This document shows positions 51,549 to 64,000 of a DNA stretch of 64,000 nucleotides, piece by piece (the first letter of the stretch is position 1; each line of letters starts with the position of its first letter). The notes under the pieces are model-generated. The model made no database searches. It had not been told where the DNA came from and saw only the letters and a list, made by a program, of their open reading frames with translations. The stretch is taken from NCBI RefSeq assembly GCF_004010195.1, contig NC_057718.1, forward strand, positions 43,098,395 through 43,162,394. Direction: 5' to 3'. Position numbers and translations under genes: made by a program. Source of the DNA: Chiloscyllium plagiosum (lineage: Eukaryota).

Positions 51549-52205
51549 TCTTTCTATTCATCTTCATATTTGTTTTTCTCCTTTCCTTTCGACATTTTTC
51601 TTTACTTGCCATCTTTTCCTCTTTCAAAAAAAACCAAAGCCCACTTCAGTTTATCTCCCACCTTCCTCTTCTTTTGTCCCCAACAATCACCCCAATCCCT
51701 GTTCCACCAAATACAACTGCCCTTTGCTCCTTTGCCTTTCGTCCTCGTGGCCCACCTTACCTCATCTGCTGGTGCTGGCATGGCCAAGAGCTGATGAAAC
51801 TTGATGGTAACAGGTGGATATGAGCTTTGGGAATCAATCTCCCAAAGCCTAGAGCAGCACGATTGATTTTGTTGTTTGGATATACTCGCAGATAGCTGGG
51901 CAATGTGTATTTGGTATGTTTTTGCAATTACTGTTAAAATAATCAAAATGTTAATACAGTATTAGTGTATAATTACTTTGCTTCTAATTAGTGTCAAAAA
52001 AGAATCAAGCTATACGTTTTTCTGTCTGGTAGCTCAGGTTAAAGAGAGCTTTTTCGGCCAAATAATAATCTGTATTCTGGACTAGATTTTGAATGAGAAT
52101 TTGGCAAAATGTCTGTAACCTTGAGGTGATACAAAATTGCTGGCTTAACATGTAGTCATTCCCGAACCTCTATCAGCCCTGTGATCATTGACGCACATTG
52201 ACTCT

Positions 52206-52392
52206 GGAGAAAGTGAGGACTGCAGATGCTGGAGATCAGAGTCGAGAGTGTGGTGCTGCAAAAGCACAGCAGGTCAGGCAGCATCTGAGGAGCAGGAAAA
52301 TCGATGTTTCAGGCAAGAGCCCTTCATCAGGAATGAGCATTCCTCGGATGTTGCCTGACCTGCTGTGCTTTTCCAGCAACACACTTTCAACC
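52206..52392 (-). mobile_element. Family A fold-back element
   Basis: Minus strand reads CTGATGA-A-GGGC-TCTT-GCCT-GAAA-CATC. 52341-52391 is an inverted copy of 52241-52291. Possible TSD cacattgac / catattgac. Confidence 0.85.
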
Positions 52393-52479
52393 CATATTGA
52401 CACCAGGTCAACCAACATCTTAATTTTAGCATTCTCATCCTTATTTTTACACCCTTCCAAACCCTTAAAGCTCCCTTTC

Positions 52480-52810
52480 TCATAATCTCTTCCATCCATA
52501 CAACCCTCCACGATATCCCTGCTCCAATAATCTAGCTTCTTGTGTACTCCAATTCTAATTGCTCAGCCATTGCTGAGTGTGACTTCAATTGTGTAAGTCC
52601 CAAATTGTAGAACCCTCTGCCTATCTGTCACCCCCATCACCACCTCACTTTCCATCTCTAAGACTCTTCTTAAAAATGTATCTCTTTGACCAAGCTTTTG
52701 GTCATATGACTTAAAAGCTCCTCACGTGGTTTATTACCATATTTCCATTTATAATGCTCATTGATGCACCTCGGGACATTTGATTACATTAACAATGCTG
52801 CATAAATATA
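52480..52810 (+). mobile_element. L2 LINE 3' end
   Basis: ...cttaaaaatgtatctctttgaccaagcttttggtca...gcacctcgggacatttg...gcataaatata. Confidence 0.7.
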
Positions 52811-55800
52811 CTCTTCAAAAAAAATCTCTGACTGAATTAAGTGAAACATATGAGACACTTTTTCAGAAGTGTTGCCAAAACATCCAATTTTATTGCAAGA
52901 ACGACTTGGATCTTTGGAAACCAATTGGACATCTGTGGCATATGCACAGGTGCAAGTGTGTCTGTTAAAGCAAGTGGATATTTTACCCAGGCTGGTGACA
53001 GTGGCTGAACTTTCATCAGTGCTGCGGGTACATGTGAATTCTGACTATATGGCGAGCAAATCAAAGTACCTCCCGGGATTCATTGTCTGCCTTTTCCCTA
53101 GTGGCAAATCCTTTTTATTCTGAGGGTACACTGGTCCTTCTGAAGATGTAAGTGTTTTACCTTTAAAATATGAGAGTGTGCTGCTGCTGACACTTAAATG
53201 TTTCACAGACGGGTGTTATTTTTGTTTTTGCACATGTTGGAACGATGATCCCTTTAGGCAGTGAAATGACCATCCATGCTCACAGAGTAAACTGTTTTGT
53301 ACTGTGGCTGAGTACTGATTATTGCCAGTTCAAGATATCACTGCAGTGTAACAAACAGTCCAGTGATTCCCTGTGAAGTGACCTATCTTTTCACAGTCAT
53401 TTCCACACTCTGTTCCCTGCTTTGAATCCCTCTCTGTCATCAGGAGAGAAAAAAAAAATGATTTGAAGAATGCCCAATTTGTTCTGACATAAAGAGATGT
53501 TTAGCTTTGTGAAAGGTGATGGCAGTGGCAGTGGGCTATGTCTGACTGACAACTGAATAGTGCGTCTGCCGGGGCTGTTCACTTCATGTCCTTTCATATT
53601 CTTTCTATGTCCTGCATGAGTGGTGTTTGATCTCCGCGGCTAAATATCAACAGACCTTTGGATTTTCAGGAAAAAAAGTCCCTGGAACTTAACACCTCGC
53701 GCACCTATAGTGTGAACAGAGAGCACAGCATCAGAGCTCAGAGTATATGCTGTAGTGTTGAAAAGGAAAGTGCCAACTTTAGACTAGTTTCTAAGCATCA
53801 TTTTCATAGAGAATTGAATTAAATTCAGGCTGAATTAATTCAATTTGATAAGTCTATGTATGTTTCTCTCTCCTATTTTACAGTAGAAAATTAAGAGAAT
53901 GTAGGAGGAAGACCGTTGCCTTTCAACCACAGTGTTGAAGAGTACATATCGCATACTGGTTTTGTTTTAGGACTGTGTCTCCTCATATGGTGTATGCAGA
54001 AATCCATTCCAAACCCACTGTGAGGTTTGAAATTATTTCATTCTTTTTACCGGAGGGTGAAATCTAGATGGCATTGCTCTTCAGAGTTTATATGATGTAG
54101 ATTGAGCATATTGAATCTAAATGAATAAGTTATGAAAATATAACTAGAAAAAACCTTATTAGTTTTTTTGTGCCTTGGAGTTGAGGTTGTTTGAAGTCTG
54201 TTTGAACAGAAGTTAAATTTAATGTTATTCTAATATTTTATGGAATTAGGGGAATAAAGTATCAAAAATTGTAATAGGGAATATATGAGCATTTTTGTTT
54301 AGATGCGAAGAAGAATTAGGTTGTGAAGTGGAGAATTGCAAAATGTACAGATTTCTTCAGTGTTAGTCATTGAATGGTTACAACATTGGAGGTCATTCAG
54401 CCTATTGAGGCTGTGCCAGATGTTGTGAGCGTGTCCTGAGTGTATTTTGATAATTTAAGATTTGACATTAAAGATTTAATTTGGTTACTGGTACTGTTTA
54501 AAATATGTTTGAGACACTCTGCAGTATGTGAACATATTGTAGCTTCAGATTTGTCGTTTTCCTTTATGCTGCCAGACATGAAACTACTTGTATTAAGTAC
54601 TAAGCAGAATGGCTAAACCAATCTAAATCATGTATTCCACAGATAGTGACTGTATTTCTAATTGGCTTGCAGCAACATGACATTTGAATCATCTTGTGAA
54701 ATTATACAGTACCTTACAGGAAGAAGCTTCTTCAGTTTGTTTTGATGGAGGAACAATCAATTTGATAAGTGGTAACACATCTCATTGTCTCAGATTAATT
54801 ATACTAATTGCTTGATGTTAGCCTTCAAAACAAGCTGAGCCTGAAGAGGAGCAAGGCTATGGCCCTTTGCATGCAGTGTGAGTGCCAGTTCCAGTTGCTT
54901 GCACACAGACTGGATACAGCATTGTTAGAATTCAGGTCTGCACCCTCGCTGTCAGTACTGGTTCTGCTGTAGTCAAGTTCCTGCTCTGAGCAGAGCAAAT
55001 CTTTGCTCAGTTAAGTGAGCCTCAGTCACTGTTGCACTTTCAAAAGGTTTGGCCAACAGCCCAGGTTTGTTAGGCTTTCGAAGCTTCACCTGAATGAGAT
55101 ATTGACTAGGCTTTGTTACCTGAACATCTCCAAATAACACTGAAAAAAGATTTGATGATTAAATTGTCAGAATAGCGCTGTGATTTCTAAGCTTTTGGCC
55201 TCCAGTGGGATTATGCATCTAAGATTTTTTTTGATTGAAATTTGCTTGTGCAGGCATTGTCCTGCCAACCCTGAATTCCAATTCTTTTCCACTTTTCTCA
55301 AGATTTATTTAATTTTACTTCTTTGTCCTACGATTTCACCATAATGATGTCTTTATTCGTTGCCTAAGCGACTGCTTTTTTTTATTCTAAAGTGGCGTTT
55401 GCAGCCTGACACTGTATTCTGTGAAGCGTTGCTGTGTTGATTAGCAGAAAACAATTCCCTTGTGGACACAGTACCATTTTCCTGCCCCCTTGTAAATTCA
55501 GAACAGCTGAGAGCCAAGCAGTAACCTTATATATCTGGAGCACCTGGTCTCTAGGATTGGGTTACTGCAACTTTATTGTGGTTTTAAAGGTCAGTACTCA
55601 GCATGTGCTGCATTTCTTCAGAGGTGCTTATTCTAGCAGCCTGTTCCATGATAACACATTTGCCAACTGAAGTCACAACTAAATAAAAAGAATGAAGAGC
55701 ATGTTAAGCATCTCACCTTCCAAAAGAAGCATGTAATAATAACCAGCTCTGCCTTTGATGCATAGTGCAGTGCCTTTAAATATACTGTAAGAAAGGTGAT

Positions 55801-56160
55801 GTCAGATGTAATGACATTCTTTTAAGAGTTAGATTTGCTGCCTATATTTGTAACAGAATCAGTCAGAAGCATTGTTAGATTAATGCACAAAATGTAATCT
55901 CTGCTGTTATCAGATGCAATATTACAGTTTTGCTGAAAGAACATCTTTAATGAAAACCATTGTAGCAAGCAAAAATACTCTCTTATCAAATTATCATTGT
56001 CAATCGATGTACCAACTGGTACAGAGAACAAGCCTATCCCTTAGCAAATGCTCTTTAATTGTGCATTTATATCAGTAGAATGCATATTAAATGACCTGAA
56101 ATGTGCCAATTCTGCCACAGAACGGTGTAAACTTCAATTTTTTTTTGCACACTTTTGTGG

Positions 56161-56890
56161 GCAGGACTTATACACTTAATGGTCCTGGGGAGTGTTGCTG
56201 AGCAAAGAGACCTTGGAGTGCATGTTCCTTGAAAATGGAGCCACAAGGATAGTGAAGAAGGCATTTGGCGTGCTTGTTGTTATTGGTCAATCCATTGAGT
56301 GTAGGAATTGGAAGGCCATGTTTCAGCTGTACAGAACATTGGTTAGGCCACTATTGGAACAATTCATGCAACTCTGGTCTCCCTGCTTTATAAAGGATGT
56401 TGTTAAACTTGAAAGGATTCAGTAAAGATTTACAAGGATGTTGCCAAGATTGAGGGGTTTGTGCTATAGGGCGAGGCTGAATAGACTGAGGTTACCTTCC
56501 CTGGAGTGTCGGAAGCTGAGGGGTTTACAAAATCATGAGGGACATTGACAGGGTAAAGAGACAAGGTCTTTCCCTGGGTTGGGAGAGACCAAAACTAGAA
56601 GGTATAGGTTTAAGGTAAGAGGTAAAAGATGTAAAAGGGACCTAAGGGGCAACATTTTCACACAGATGGTGGTGCATATATGGAATGAGCTGCCAGAGGA
56701 AGTAGTTGAGGCTGGTACAATTACAACATTTAAAAGGCATCTGGATGGGTATATAAGTAGGAAGGGTATAGAGGAATATGGACCAAATGCTGGCAAATGG
56801 AACTTGATTTATTTAGGATATCTGGTTGTCATGGATAAGTTGGACTGAAAGATTTGTTTCCATGCTGTATATCTCTATGACTCCATGACT
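56161..56890 (+). mobile_element. 5'-truncated CR1 (HER1-like) LINE, frameshifted
   Basis: Homologous to 62-817. ORF pieces 56192-56425 and 56579-56848; tail ctatgactccatgact. Confidence 0.93.
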
Positions 56891-58496
56891 TTTTATTTTT
56901 TTCTTTTCTTGCCATACTGTTCTATGTGTACATTTTATCGCAGTGTAGCAGAGGAGAATTAATGGCAAAACGTTCCTCAATGCCTCATCAGCACCATTCT
57001 CTGGTACACTTACCAAGAGTGTACCTGGACTAATTCAAAACGAATTTACTTGAGATCCTATGGACTTTCAATGGAGAATAGAATCAGATAAGGTATCTGA
57101 CACAAATCTCTCAGTCTCTTGAGAGGCATATTAGATTATAGTTTCCCGAAGTCTTTCAGGAGAGAAACCAATGAACGCTTTTGGTGCAAAGGAAGATGAC
57201 ATGATTTGGTGGAGTGGGATTGCTATAAAAGAAGGTTTGACACAGGCATGATGTCTAAAACCTCCTTATTCTGTGCTGTAAATGTCTGTGGTTTACTTAT
57301 CTCACTCAACCAACATGTTCTGGTCAGGAATGGCAACACTTGCCTTATTAAGTAAAGCTGTGTACAGGTCAGCTCTGAGAAATTGAATCTTGGATTTGAA
57401 TGCACTTTGAGCAGGAAGTTGATGTTCAATTTATTCTCCTCAAGTGAGGAAAACACAAACATCATTTCTATATCATATTGTTGCATAATGTTTGCTGTAT
57501 CTGGCAAGACCTCTTTAGCAGGTAAATCTAAACTCGTACTTCTGAATTAGGAATCAATGTTGTAAAATAGTAACACTGCTATAGGCTCCCATTTAGAAGG
57601 TAAATCTTACATTATCTGTTTGCATTTACTCCATTTTATTCCCAGGAAAATGTACATTCTGTTTCTCCAGACTTTGTAACATTCTGATTATAATAGTAGT
57701 GCTTCCTATATCTTCACTTGAAATAAAAGGGAAGCCCACCACCAAATAATTGTTTAATCAATGACTCATCCATGTGTAGATTGAGGACAGTACATCACAT
57801 TGTATCTGGAGTTTTAAGGTTAGATAAAGCGGGCCATATAACCTATAACGAAACTTTCATTCTGGATGCTGTGGAGACAGCTCACCAACCCTCATAAGTT
57901 GTACAGTCCAGCTGACATGAGCTTGAGTGGTGTCAGATTAATGTGGAGAAATGGATAAGAAATTGTGTTTAAATAAATCCATGGAACTGAATTTTAAAGT
58001 CAAGGAAACCCTTCGAGGATCCCTTGCAACTTTGACTGTAATAGTCAGTGTTATTTCACTTCAATTATTTTAAATAGCAAAAGCAGTAACACTGTTTTTC
58101 CTTTCTTCACAATGGGTAACCTCAGAGATTCTTCATATCCTATTAGTTGCAGTAGTCATGTTCTACTGCTGAGGTCAGTATTCTTTGACATGGCTGAAGC
58201 TCCATCAATCCCGCCTAGTTATTTTGACAGTTTGTTTTTTGTGTTATTTCTACTGCGCCCTGCCTAGCTCTGTCTTGTCAGTATGATTACATTTGGCAGA
58301 TGGCACTTTTTAGGCCAATAAATTATCATTGTCTTGCACTTTGATACAGTCTGTGGTGCAGGTTATAATTTAACAGAACATGTTCAGAAATCATTTTTAG
58401 TTATGATCCAGACAAGATTATGTAGTAGCTATTTATTATTGCCATAGTCTTCATTTCTTAATACAAAAATTATCTCCAACGTTAAAATCCCCATTT

Positions 58497-58800
58497 TCTT
58501 TTTAACATGTTCATGGGATGTTGATGTCAGTGGCTTGGAATTCACTGTCCATTCCTAATTGCCCAGTTGGCAGTTATCAGTCAACCACATTGTTAGGGAT
58601 GTGGAATCACATGTCAGCCAAACCAGGTGAAAATGGCAGATTTTCCTTTCTTCAAGGGCAGTGAACCAGACCGGTTTTTATGACAATCGACAGTGGTTAC
58701 ACAGTCACCTTTCAACTAGCCTTTTTATTCCAGTTTTATTTTTATCGATTAAACATTTCACCACCTGTTCCATGGTGGGATTCAAATGTTTGTCCCTAAA
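58497..58800 (-). mobile_element. tRNA-derived SINE (second family)
   Basis: ttcatgggatgt...cctaattgccc...agtcaaccacattg...ccatggtgggattcaaa. Confidence 0.75.
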
Positions 58801-60991
58801 ACATTAGCCAGTCCCATGATTTATAGCACAAATAATGAAAACAGTTAAAGTGAAAAAAACAAAGGTTTTCTTTATATTTAACTGTATAGACTAGGGGTTC
58901 TTGGTACTTGAACTGATATGAAATTATGGGGGAGAAATTTGTTTAACAGAGTGCTGTTTCACTTGATATCTCTGAATAATGTTGGTTGGGCGGCCTAGGG
59001 CTGTTTCCCATGGAGAGTTCATGTAAGTGAGCATAGTGCTGTTAAAGCAGCTTGGCACAAAGACATTTCTCTCCTGTGTGGGCTTCAGTGGTCTCAGACA
59101 GATCCTAATACCCCCTCCTTTTTTTGAGTTGCCCAACGTAATCTTAAAGCTTGAATATTTAATCACATTTTCCATAAAGGTTACAATAGTCTGCCTCATC
59201 CATTCCCCATGGCACATCATTGGACGCTGCCACAAGTCTCACTGTAATAAAATCATATCCCCAAATCATATCCCCTGTCTTTTGCTTCACTCACTTCGTG
59301 ACCATCTCAAATTGTAACTCTTCATTGCTGACTTGACAACCTGAGGAAATAGTCTTCTCCTACTCTGTCCAAACTATTCATAATGTCAAAAACTGCTATT
59401 AAATTTTCTCTTAGTCTGGATTCCAGAGTCACAAAGTATCCTGGAAGAAGCTAAAACACAGATACCAAGCTATGTCAATTCAGGATCTAGAAAATTTCAT
59501 TCTGATGCCTTTAAGTGGTCAGACTTATCCAGGAGATCTCATGAAACCTGACCTGTATTGCAACTTAACTACGACTTGGATAAGTTGATTGCCAACTCAT
59601 CCAGAAATAGATACATCTTTAATTGAAAACTTCCAAAATCGGGGCAGAGGAGGGAGCGGAGATTTCAGATTGAGAGGATCATTTAATCAGATGGGATGAT
59701 GCTGAGTGGGAGGTACTCCCCTTCCCAACTTCGAGCTTCTGTATCAATTAAATATTGAATGGGAAGGTTCATGGCCTGCCTTACTGCCCCACCACTAATT
59801 AAAACACTAATGTGGACAAAACTCCCCATTTAACAGCCTAATTTCACTGTCACTGGCAGTCAACCAGCAGCGGGCAAATGAATCACCGTGCAGTGAGCTG
59901 AGAAAGCAAAGCATGTCCTGTCTGTTTGTGGATTTCAAGGGAATCACTCAGTGTCGGACTGTGGAAGCTGGCATTTGGAAGGGAAGAGATGCTGAGAAAC
60001 ACCTTCATATTCTTGCAACCGATCTCCCAGACACCTCTGATGCAGACCCCAACCCATGCTGAATCTTAGGCCCCTTGTAGATCCTGGTTCTTTGGTCAGA
60101 GCATTGCTGGTACCTGGCCCTGCTTCTTCTATCATTGCGTGATTGGCTGGCAGTTCTCAGGGATGAGATTTCCACCGCCAGGTTCCTTGATCCCAAGGCA
60201 GGCCTGCCATTGATCACTTTGTGCCTGAGTGACAGTGCACCTGGCAAACTTCTCCGAAGGAAGTGAGATGGGGTTCTTGCCAACTCTGTGTGAGACCTCA
60301 TCACCAGGAATAAATACCATCCAGGTTAAGCAATCACAGTGTGCAAACATTTGGTCCCCACTGCTTCTGCTGCTAACAGCATCAGCAAATATTGAGCTAC
60401 TTGCTTATTGAAATGTTTGTTGTGTATGTAGCCAGTGCTAAGTGTGCTGCTGTGTGGTTCGCTACCTGAGGGATAATGGGAAGATAGCACCAAGTAAAGA
60501 TGGGCAGTGTTTGCTGACAATCACAACTCCCAGTAACAATACATGGTCCATTATGCCATCACATAAGATTTGCATGTGACATCATGTGTAAATACAACAC
60601 TGCGCATGCACAGGGAAGACTTTTGAAATGAGATTTAGTCCTGGGGAGAGAGGTGGTGGGGAATTATCACCAAGAGGGTGGAGAGCACAGGAGTGGGGTG
60701 GGAGGTGGGAAAAGGAGAGCCCAGAAGCTGTCCTGCCACCACCTCACACCCTGATCCTGACCATCTCTCCCTGGTCCTATCCACTCCTGGTCCTGATTTT
60801 CCCTTCCTCACCCCACTCTGGGTTCCAGGCCACTTCCCCCGAAACGTTTGAATGCGCACATGCAATTGAAAGCAGTGCATAGCACACATGTGCTGGTGTC
60901 AACAAATGCAGCCTTCAAGATGAGGTGTACTACTTAAAGCCAACTTGCACTTCCAAACAGGAAAGACATTGTGTTTGGAGCATATTATGGT

Positions 60992-61500
60992 AGAGAGCAT
61001 GCTCCAAGTTTTTCCAGTGCTGAACTGCAGGCCTTGACCAATAACGAGCTGAGAATATGAAATGTGCAGGAGGCTGCAAGGCCCTGAGGACAAACTTGCT
61101 GTGGACAAGAGGCACAAATAACTGTGGGTTTCAGTGTCAGACATGTAGCTGGATTCAATACTGCAACCTCAATGACCTTACAAGCCTGGTCAAGGTCAGT
61201 AACTGCAATGTTAAATGCCATAACCCATCAGCTGCCCCAATAATCTCACATGCTACCCAATGCACCACATCCCAATCAATCAATGTGTTGCTCATACCTA
61301 ACTACGCACTGAGTTATTCCACCATGACAGTCACATCATCCAAACAATTGAGCACTCATTGACACTCTCTTGCTGGACAACTTGGCACATAGCAGGAAGA
61401 ATTGGAGTTAATTGGCAGCGATCAAGCATATCTACATTTTGTCATCATTGGAGTATCCATAGCTGAACAAACATGCCACTGGGGTAGAATCACACTTTAG
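60992..61500 (+). pseudogene. Decayed Harbinger Myb/SANT-like gene (two exons)
   Basis: REHAPSFSSAELQAL ... SWIQYCNLNDLTSLVK|gtcagt (donor at 61195). A second-exon remnant near 61375-61490 (LAHSR...VIIGVSIAE) parallels 3659-3810. Confidence 0.65.
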
Positions 61501-61759
61501 CACTGACAGGGGCAAAGACTCATAGATAACAGGGGATGTGCAAGGCTGATTAGCTTATTTTTGTATAAATCATTAATTGGAATGCTTCTTTTGTGTTGGC
61601 CTTTATTTCAGGATTGTATTGAAGAGAGTACGACAAAGGTTGGGAATGGAGGGAAGATGGAGGTTAGACTATTTTAGAATAGAGAATTGAGATTGTATTC
61701 AATGGTGCTGTATTCGGATGAGTGATTATAAACCAGGAAGGAACTGTTTTGTTGCCTCC

Positions 61760-62075
61760 TCCATTCCTCTTCTTGCTCCTTCTCCTCAGTTTAGCATCAT
61801 ATTGCTGGTGGCAAGGTCTGTGCCCTCATGATAGCAAGGTTGTTCAGCCTGTGGCAGGCCTTTACAAATCAAGACAATACTTTGGCACATACTGCAGGAC
61901 TTCTTCAGAGTAGTTCAGGCAATGGCATGTTGCCTCAGTGCCTTAATGGTTTGTGTAATGACACGTGGCAGCATAGATCTCATACTGTAAGCACTAGCCT
62001 CATTGTCAATGGGTTTCATACTGGAGTCATGAGTCAGGTACTAAGTGGACAAGCTTGGCCACCCAGTGGCCGCCT
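61760..62075 (-). pseudogene. Decayed HARBI1-type transposase C-terminus
   Basis: LGGQACPLST*LMTPV*NP...VITQTIKALRQ../CLNYSEEVLQY../CHRLNNLAIMRAQTLPP matches the LGDxGYP..WLMTP...R..IE..IG.LK.RFRCL...LQY....C..LHN pattern. Confidence 0.75.
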
Positions 62076-62809
62076 TCTACTTTGCTGTGATGGTTTAAAA
62101 TGCTGATGGTTCAAATATCTCTCATAGAATGGAGATTGCTGCCACGATACCAGACAGTGATTTTCATAATACGTTTTACATGGTCGCATATTACTTGGAA
62201 GGAGTGCAGTCAGTTCCTGTCATCGGCAATCAGTAGCTAATAAGTATGATTGTTCAACTAGGAAATTCCATGTCATTTGTCATTGGTTCTGTGGGTCCTC
62301 GCATGGTTGAAGAATCCCGATCCTCGATCTGCATCTCTGACCACATATTTGGCAGGTATTTCTGCGAGTTAGAATCGGTCATACATCTTAAGTGTTAACA
62401 TGCAGCTCCTGCAAAGTGAAGTGTGTACAATCAACGCAGACTGCATCATGGAGGGCCATGGTGAAGCTAAATGTCCCTCTGCTGTTGTCGAGAAGGAGCC
62501 TAACGTGTAACAGCTTATGACCATGGTCACCTTCACATCCACTGATGCGGTGTCGTCCTGGCTCTGTCCTGAAGCTATGACCGAGGTTGTAAGAGGTAAC
62601 CTACTTCAGTGTGCACTTGGTTGGTGAAGTAGAGGCAGTGATATGCCGTTCTTCGCTGAAGTTGAGAGAGGGAGAATTCTGTTCTGAACACCCTATGTGG
62701 ATATGGCCTGCTCAGAGCCCTTCTGTCCCAACTCTATTTGTTACATTTGTTCATTTTTCTTGTCATGGTGCAGGCCAAGGGGGATATAATCTATCCCACT
62801 CTCCATCGA

Positions 62810-63145
62810 ATTGCTATAATCTTCAGCTCCAAAACCCTCTGAGACATCAGCAGTCATTTGCCGTTGACTTCTTTAATATCTCTAATTTTGACTACTCCAC
62901 CGTGGGTGGTCATGCTTTCAGCTGTTTGGGCAGTATTTCTGTAATTTCTCTCGGCTTCTCTACTTTGTTTTTCTCCTTCAGCATGCTCCAAAAAACCAAC
63001 CACTTCAGCCAAGTTTGGTTATCTGCCCTTATACCTTCTTATGTGGCTCGATGTCGTATTTTGATTTATGATGCACCTGTGAAGTGCCTTGGGACATTTT
63101 GCCCCATTAAAGACACAATATAAATGCAACTTGTCATTGTTATTG
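62810..63145 (+). mobile_element. L2 LINE 3' end
   Basis: ggtcatgctttcagctg...atgcacctgtgaagtgccttgggacatttt...taaatgcaacttgtcattgtt. Confidence 0.72.
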
Positions 63146-64000
63146 TTGAACAACTGGAAGCCACAAATTATACTGCCGAATACACCCTGTGCTGACCACA
63201 ATGACAAAGGAGTTCTGAGTGCACATTCTTCATTAGAAATTTAAATTTTCATATCAGTGGCTCACTTGCAGGTATGTCTGTTTTCTCCCAACATTAAAAC
63301 TATGTAGCAAAAACCAGTGATGTTATGAACTCTGTGTGTGTAGCTGGTGTGTAATTCAAACAGCAGTGTGCAGTGACCGCTTGGGCATGGCTTCACATCC
63401 TTTGCTTCAACATGCTTCAGAGTCAGGTTTTAATCTGTTTCATGAGCTATGTTGCCATTCTTGTGCTGATGTGTATTCTTATAAAATATGACCGTTGAAC
63501 ATTAAATCTTTGAAATTCTGTTAACTCTTGTTGATAGCTTTTAAAGTTACTAGTGGTTTGAATCATGAAGCAATGATTCTATATTGTAGAATCTTTCTGA
63601 AATGAGCAGCAAGGTTAATGTATTTAATGTGCAATATTTGCATACTTATATTAAACAGCCAAATTGTTTGGACTAATAATGGTTTTGACTTGCATATGTT
63701 TTCAGAAGAGATGCACCCTATAATGGAGACAGCAAGGAACAAGCTAATTTGAGTCTTAGAAAGACATTTACCAACTGGCAGTCAACTTTAGTAACTTTTG
63801 ATTCCATACAAGGGAAGTAAATAAAATCAAACAGCTGACTCTAAATGATAATCCCTCTCAAGAAATGTAATTGATTGTTAGTTTTGAAGTTCGTCACCAG
63901 AATCCCTGTAATCTATATTCTTTTTACATCATTGGAAATCACATTTTTACTGATTTATTGTAAATACAGAAATTAAAAGCAAACAGAATTCAACCCCCTT

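Noticed and set aside
57015..57222. Minus-strand exon with good acceptor and gtaagt donor
   Set aside because: Stops in all three frames and no other support.
62611..63123. 170-aa ORF
   Set aside because: Largely overlaps an L2 3' end and starts at a non-ATG codon.

Overview
This is AT-rich vertebrate non-coding DNA, intronic or intergenic. The repeat complement (HE1/V-SINE, CR1/HER1-type LINE, Deu-domain SINE, L2 tails) points to a shark or other elasmobranch. I recognised no host protein-coding exon; there is one weak candidate exon at 5801-5893. Nearly all long ORFs in the track are transposon-derived, low-complexity or N-gap artefacts. Contents: several CR1 LINE 3' fragments (one with an open frame over 1-741), four HE1 SINEs (one with a ~10-unit internal tandem array), DeuSINEs, a second tRNA-SINE family, decayed PIF/Harbinger transposons with recognisable HARBI1-type transposase and Myb/SANT remnants, MITEs, a probable solo LTR and a 500-N gap. 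The most interesting signal is a set of about ten short insertions from at least four sequence families that carry minimal hammerhead-ribozyme cores (CUGANGA-A-stem II-GAAA). Stem II covaries between families, and stem III is a 4-nt palindrome. Most copies have 13-17 bp target-site duplications and several have a fold-back structure, consistent with Penelope-like-element (PLE) derivatives. One copy sits exactly at the breakpoint of a ~480-bp inverted duplication with twin-priming-like geometry. Two further local templated duplications were found: an 85-bp inverted copy and a 42-bp direct copy. All alignments were done by eye, and family names are from recall, not database searches.
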